Assembly: GCA_963691875.1 (NCBI GenBank)
Contig: OY829846.1
Span: 1,152,001 to 1,216,000 of the forward strand
Source of the DNA: Aureliella sp.
Lineage (GTDB): Bacteria; Planctomycetota; Planctomycetia; Pirellulales; Pirellulaceae
Direction of reading: 5' to 3'
DNA: 64,000 nucleotides
In this document: piece after piece, positions 61,356-64,000 of the stretch
Layout: each line of letters opens with the position of its first letter
How positions within the stretch are numbered: the stretch's first letter is position 1
Notes under the pieces: model-generated
Databases searched by the model: none
What the model saw: only the letters and a program-made list of their open reading frames with translations
Told to the model about the DNA's origin: nothing
Program-made: the position numbers and the translations under genes

Positions 61356-61940
61356 CTACTTACCAAGCAACACAAAGGCATGTCCATCTGCTTGCAAATT
61401 TACAAGCGTGTTCATCGCAGAAACAGCTACATCGACATCACCAATAACTTCATCAGGATGGAAGCCTTTGCCAACTAACGATTGGCCGCACACGTAGATC
61501 TCAACTCCAGCCTCCCTCAATTTGCGGATGCAATCCAGGTTCGGATTGTCGCATTTGTATTTGCTGCGATAATCATCAGGCTTTAAGCAGATCAAGGTTG
61601 CATCTCCGTGAAGCACGACAGCGATTGAAACCGCCGCCGATTCTTTTCCGGCTCCTGCGTAAATGTTCACGAAGCGAGTGACTTTCTCAATTCCAGGGTT
61701 TAGCTTTTCCGCATCACCGCCTTTGATTAAGTCCACAACAACCTTGCTACCAGAACGGGGTTGCTGAGCCGCTTCTGGCAAGTGTGCGACCTTGCCCATA
61801 CCCGAGATCTTTGGATAGCGGTACTCCGGTAACTCCTTTTCTACCGAAGCAGAGGAGGCAACAAGTCCTTGAAGGAAAGCGTTATTCGATAGCAAAAAAA
61901 CGAGGAGAAGCGGTGCCGAACAACAGAGTGCTTTGAACAT
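61356..61940 (-). CDS. DsrE/DsrF-like family protein with an N-terminal signal or anchor
   Basis: KVVVD, IAVVLHGDA, NPNLDCIRKLREAGVEIYVCGQSL, SAMNTLVNLQADG. Confidence 0.8.
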   Translation of the reverse strand: MFKALCCSAPLLLVFLLSNNAFLQGLVASSASVEKELPEYRYPKISGMGKVAHLPEAAQQPRSGSKVVVDLIKGGDAEKLNPGIEKVTRFVNIYAGAGKESAAVSIAVVLHGDATLICLKPDDYRSKYKCDNPNLDCIRKLREAGVEIYVCGQSLVGKGFHPDEVIGDVDVAVSAMNTLVNLQADGHAFVLLGK

Positions 61941-62090
61941 GGTGAGGATCCTTAGACGAGAAAATGAAAAAAGAATCAGCAACCGAATGCCGACAAAACG
62001 CATCGCTCGACTGAGCTAACGGAAGCGGGATTTCGCCAAAACTCCTGGCAAACCCCAGTGCCCTCCGAATGTTTTGAGCCAGCCCAGCCA

Positions 62091-63500
62091 CTAGCAGCAA
62101 GAGGCTGGTGCTGCCTGCAGCCAAGCATTGTAACCTCCTGTCATGTTGATAACTTCAATTCCAGCTTGCTTTAGTATGCTACAACCGATCGCCGAGCGAA
62201 TACCGCCTTGGCATTGAACCACTACTGGCCTTCCAGCCGCGTCGGAGCGAACCTGCTCAACCTGTTGATCAAGCGTACCAAGAAAACGATGATTCGCCTG
62301 TTCGATGTGCCCGGAGTTCCACTCTGCTTGCGATCGCACGTCTATCAAATGGACGCTTCCCTCAGCGATCTGAGCTTGGAGCTTGGCAGGCGATGCAACC
62401 TCATAACTTCCAGAAAAGAGAGTAGCCTCCCCACCAGTATCGATTGCAAAGAACTTGCCGAATTTCTCAACTCCCATTTTAAGCAATAATTTGCGAGCCG
62501 CTTCCAGTTGATCTCGCTTGCCAATAAGATGCATCGGGAGCTCGTAGTTGACTATCCAACCGGCCCAAGCGGCGAGCATATGCGATGGAATATTGATCGC
62601 TCCAGGGAAATGCCCTTCGGCGAACTCCTTTGCTAGTCGAAGGTCGATCACAGATTCACTGCAATCCAACACTTGGAGCCTACTCAGCTCCGTAAAAGTC
62701 AGATCCGTCAGGTCTCCAATCAACCCCGGTCCGCGTTTGTTGACACTTTTCATTCGCCCAAAGTACCTAGGAGCTGGCGGCTGATCCTTCAATACGTAGA
62801 CGACGAACTCATCTTCATTTTCGTATTGCAGTGCAGGATTGAATCTTTTCTCGTAACCGACTGTCGATGAAGGGATCGCACCGAGTCTTTTTCCGCAGGC
62901 GCTGCCTGCTCCATGTGCGGGCCAAACTTGCAAGTAGTCGGGCAACTCTTTGAAGCGTCGCAACGAATGGAAGAGTTGACGTGCGCCGGGCTCAGCTGAA
63001 TCCTCTATGCCCGCTGCTTCTTCGAGCAGATCCGGCCGGCCGATAGCCCCTACGAAAACGAAATCACCGGTGAAGATCCCCATCGGCTCATCGGCTTTTC
63101 CACCACGATCCGTCAACACCAGTGAGATACTCTCCGGTGTATGGCCAGCCGTTTGCAAAACCTCAAACTCTATGTTGCCGATCGAGAATTTGTCTTCATT
63201 CCGAAGTAACTGGTGTTCGTACTGGTGGGCGAATTCGTATTGCCAATCTGCTGCGCCCGTACCAGACAGCAGCAACTTAGCACCGACTCGTTCAGCCATT
63301 TCGCGGACACCGGACACGAAGTCTGCATGGATGTGCGTCTCAGTCGCGGCAACGATCTTCATGCCTTTTGACTTGGCTGAAGCTAGGTAAGGCTCAATAT
63401 CCCGACCTGGATCGATAACAATAGCTTCGCGCGTCCGTTGGCAACCAACCAAGTAAGAAGCATGTGCCAAAGTATCGTCGTAGAAGTATTTCAATAACAA
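62091..63500 (-). CDS. MBL-fold persulfide dioxygenase fused to two rhodanese domains (CstB-like)
   Basis: ETHIHADF, GHTPES, FTGDFVFVG, PAHGAGSACG, GHFPGA, C-terminal CQGGIRS. Confidence 0.88.
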   Translation of the reverse strand: MLLKYFYDDTLAHASYLVGCQRTREAIVIDPGRDIEPYLASAKSKGMKIVAATETHIHADFVSGVREMAERVGAKLLLSGTGAADWQYEFAHQYEHQLLRNEDKFSIGNIEFEVLQTAGHTPESISLVLTDRGGKADEPMGIFTGDFVFVGAIGRPDLLEEAAGIEDSAEPGARQLFHSLRRFKELPDYLQVWPAHGAGSACGKRLGAIPSSTVGYEKRFNPALQYENEDEFVVYVLKDQPPAPRYFGRMKSVNKRGPGLIGDLTDLTFTELSRLQVLDCSESVIDLRLAKEFAEGHFPGAINIPSHMLAAWAGWIVNYELPMHLIGKRDQLEAARKLLLKMGVEKFGKFFAIDTGGEATLFSGSYEVASPAKLQAQIAEGSVHLIDVRSQAEWNSGHIEQANHRFLGTLDQQVEQVRSDAAGRPVVVQCQGGIRSAIGCSILKQAGIEVINMTGGYNAWLQAAPASCC

Positions 63501-63505
63501 GAGCT

Positions 63506-64000
63506 TTACCCTTGAGAGAGCAGTGATTTGGATATGACAAAAAGGGCGACCAGAACAACACCAACCGAGAAGACTCGCTGCAGACTGGGGCCGTCAAGAT
63601 ATTTTGAGATTCGGGAACCAACTAGAAGCCCAGCAAAGCCGCCGAGCATGAAGGGGAAGACAGTTTGTCCCGACACTGATTCCCCGCCGTAGAGATAGGA
63701 AACCACTCCGCTTGCGCTAATGAAAGCAATCGCGAGCAATGAGGTTGGAACGGCTTGTTGTATCGGCATGTTTCCGAAAAGCACGAGTGCTGGCACTAAG
63801 ACAAAACCACCTCCGACGCCCAGCATTCCTGATAGGAAACCGGTCGTGAGTCCCATCAAGACAAGGACGAGAGTGCTTTGCGATGGATTCTCCGGATCAT
63901 CCGGGATCACTGACTCATTTGCTCCTTCATCTCCCTTTATCCACATCCGCCACGCGATGAGAAACATGAGAATCCCAAACAGAAGAAGTAGCGTGTGCTC
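63506..64000 (-). CDS. TauE/SafE sulfite exporter family protein (5' part outside the window)
   Basis: GFLSGMLGVGGGFVLVPAL, AVPTSL, multiple TM helices. Confidence 0.88.
   Translation of the reverse strand, partial: EHTLLLLFGILMFLIAWRMWIKGDEGANESVIPDDPENPSQSTLVLVLMGLTTGFLSGMLGVGGGFVLVPALVLFGNMPIQQAVPTSLLAIAFISASGVVSYLYGGESVSGQTVFPFMLGGFAGLLVGSRISKYLDGPSLQRVFSVGVVLVALFVISKSLLSQG

Overview
This is a chromosomal segment of a Planctomycete, probably Pirellulales. The assignment is inferred from two DUF1549/DUF1553-cytochrome c + DUF1501 gene pairs, a DUF1559 protein, several sulfatases, ECF/Ser-Thr kinase modules and a PEP-CTERM protein. I found about 40 intact CDSs: housekeeping genes (cysC, lptB, aspC, manC, fdxA, dgkA), sulfatase/esterase catabolic genes, an imuA-imuB pair with no adjacent dnaE2, and a TauE/persulfide dioxygenase-rhodanese/DsrE sulfur cluster. 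I saw no rRNA, tRNA, CRISPR array, intact transposase or reverse transcriptase. Three things stand out. (1) A secreted protein with 33 Cys, built from 27-bp EPTCGCEVA repeats, lies head-to-head with an exported lipoprotein thioredoxin. (2) Gene decay is widespread: in-frame stops in an ABC permease and a hybrid kinase, a frameshifted sulfatase, a collapsed ECF/kinase relic and several eroded ORFs. (3) A co-directional DUF1080-TauD/SyrP-MFS-DUF1553-DUF1501-sulfatase cluster has an unknown substrate. All family calls come from motif recognition by eye, not database searches.
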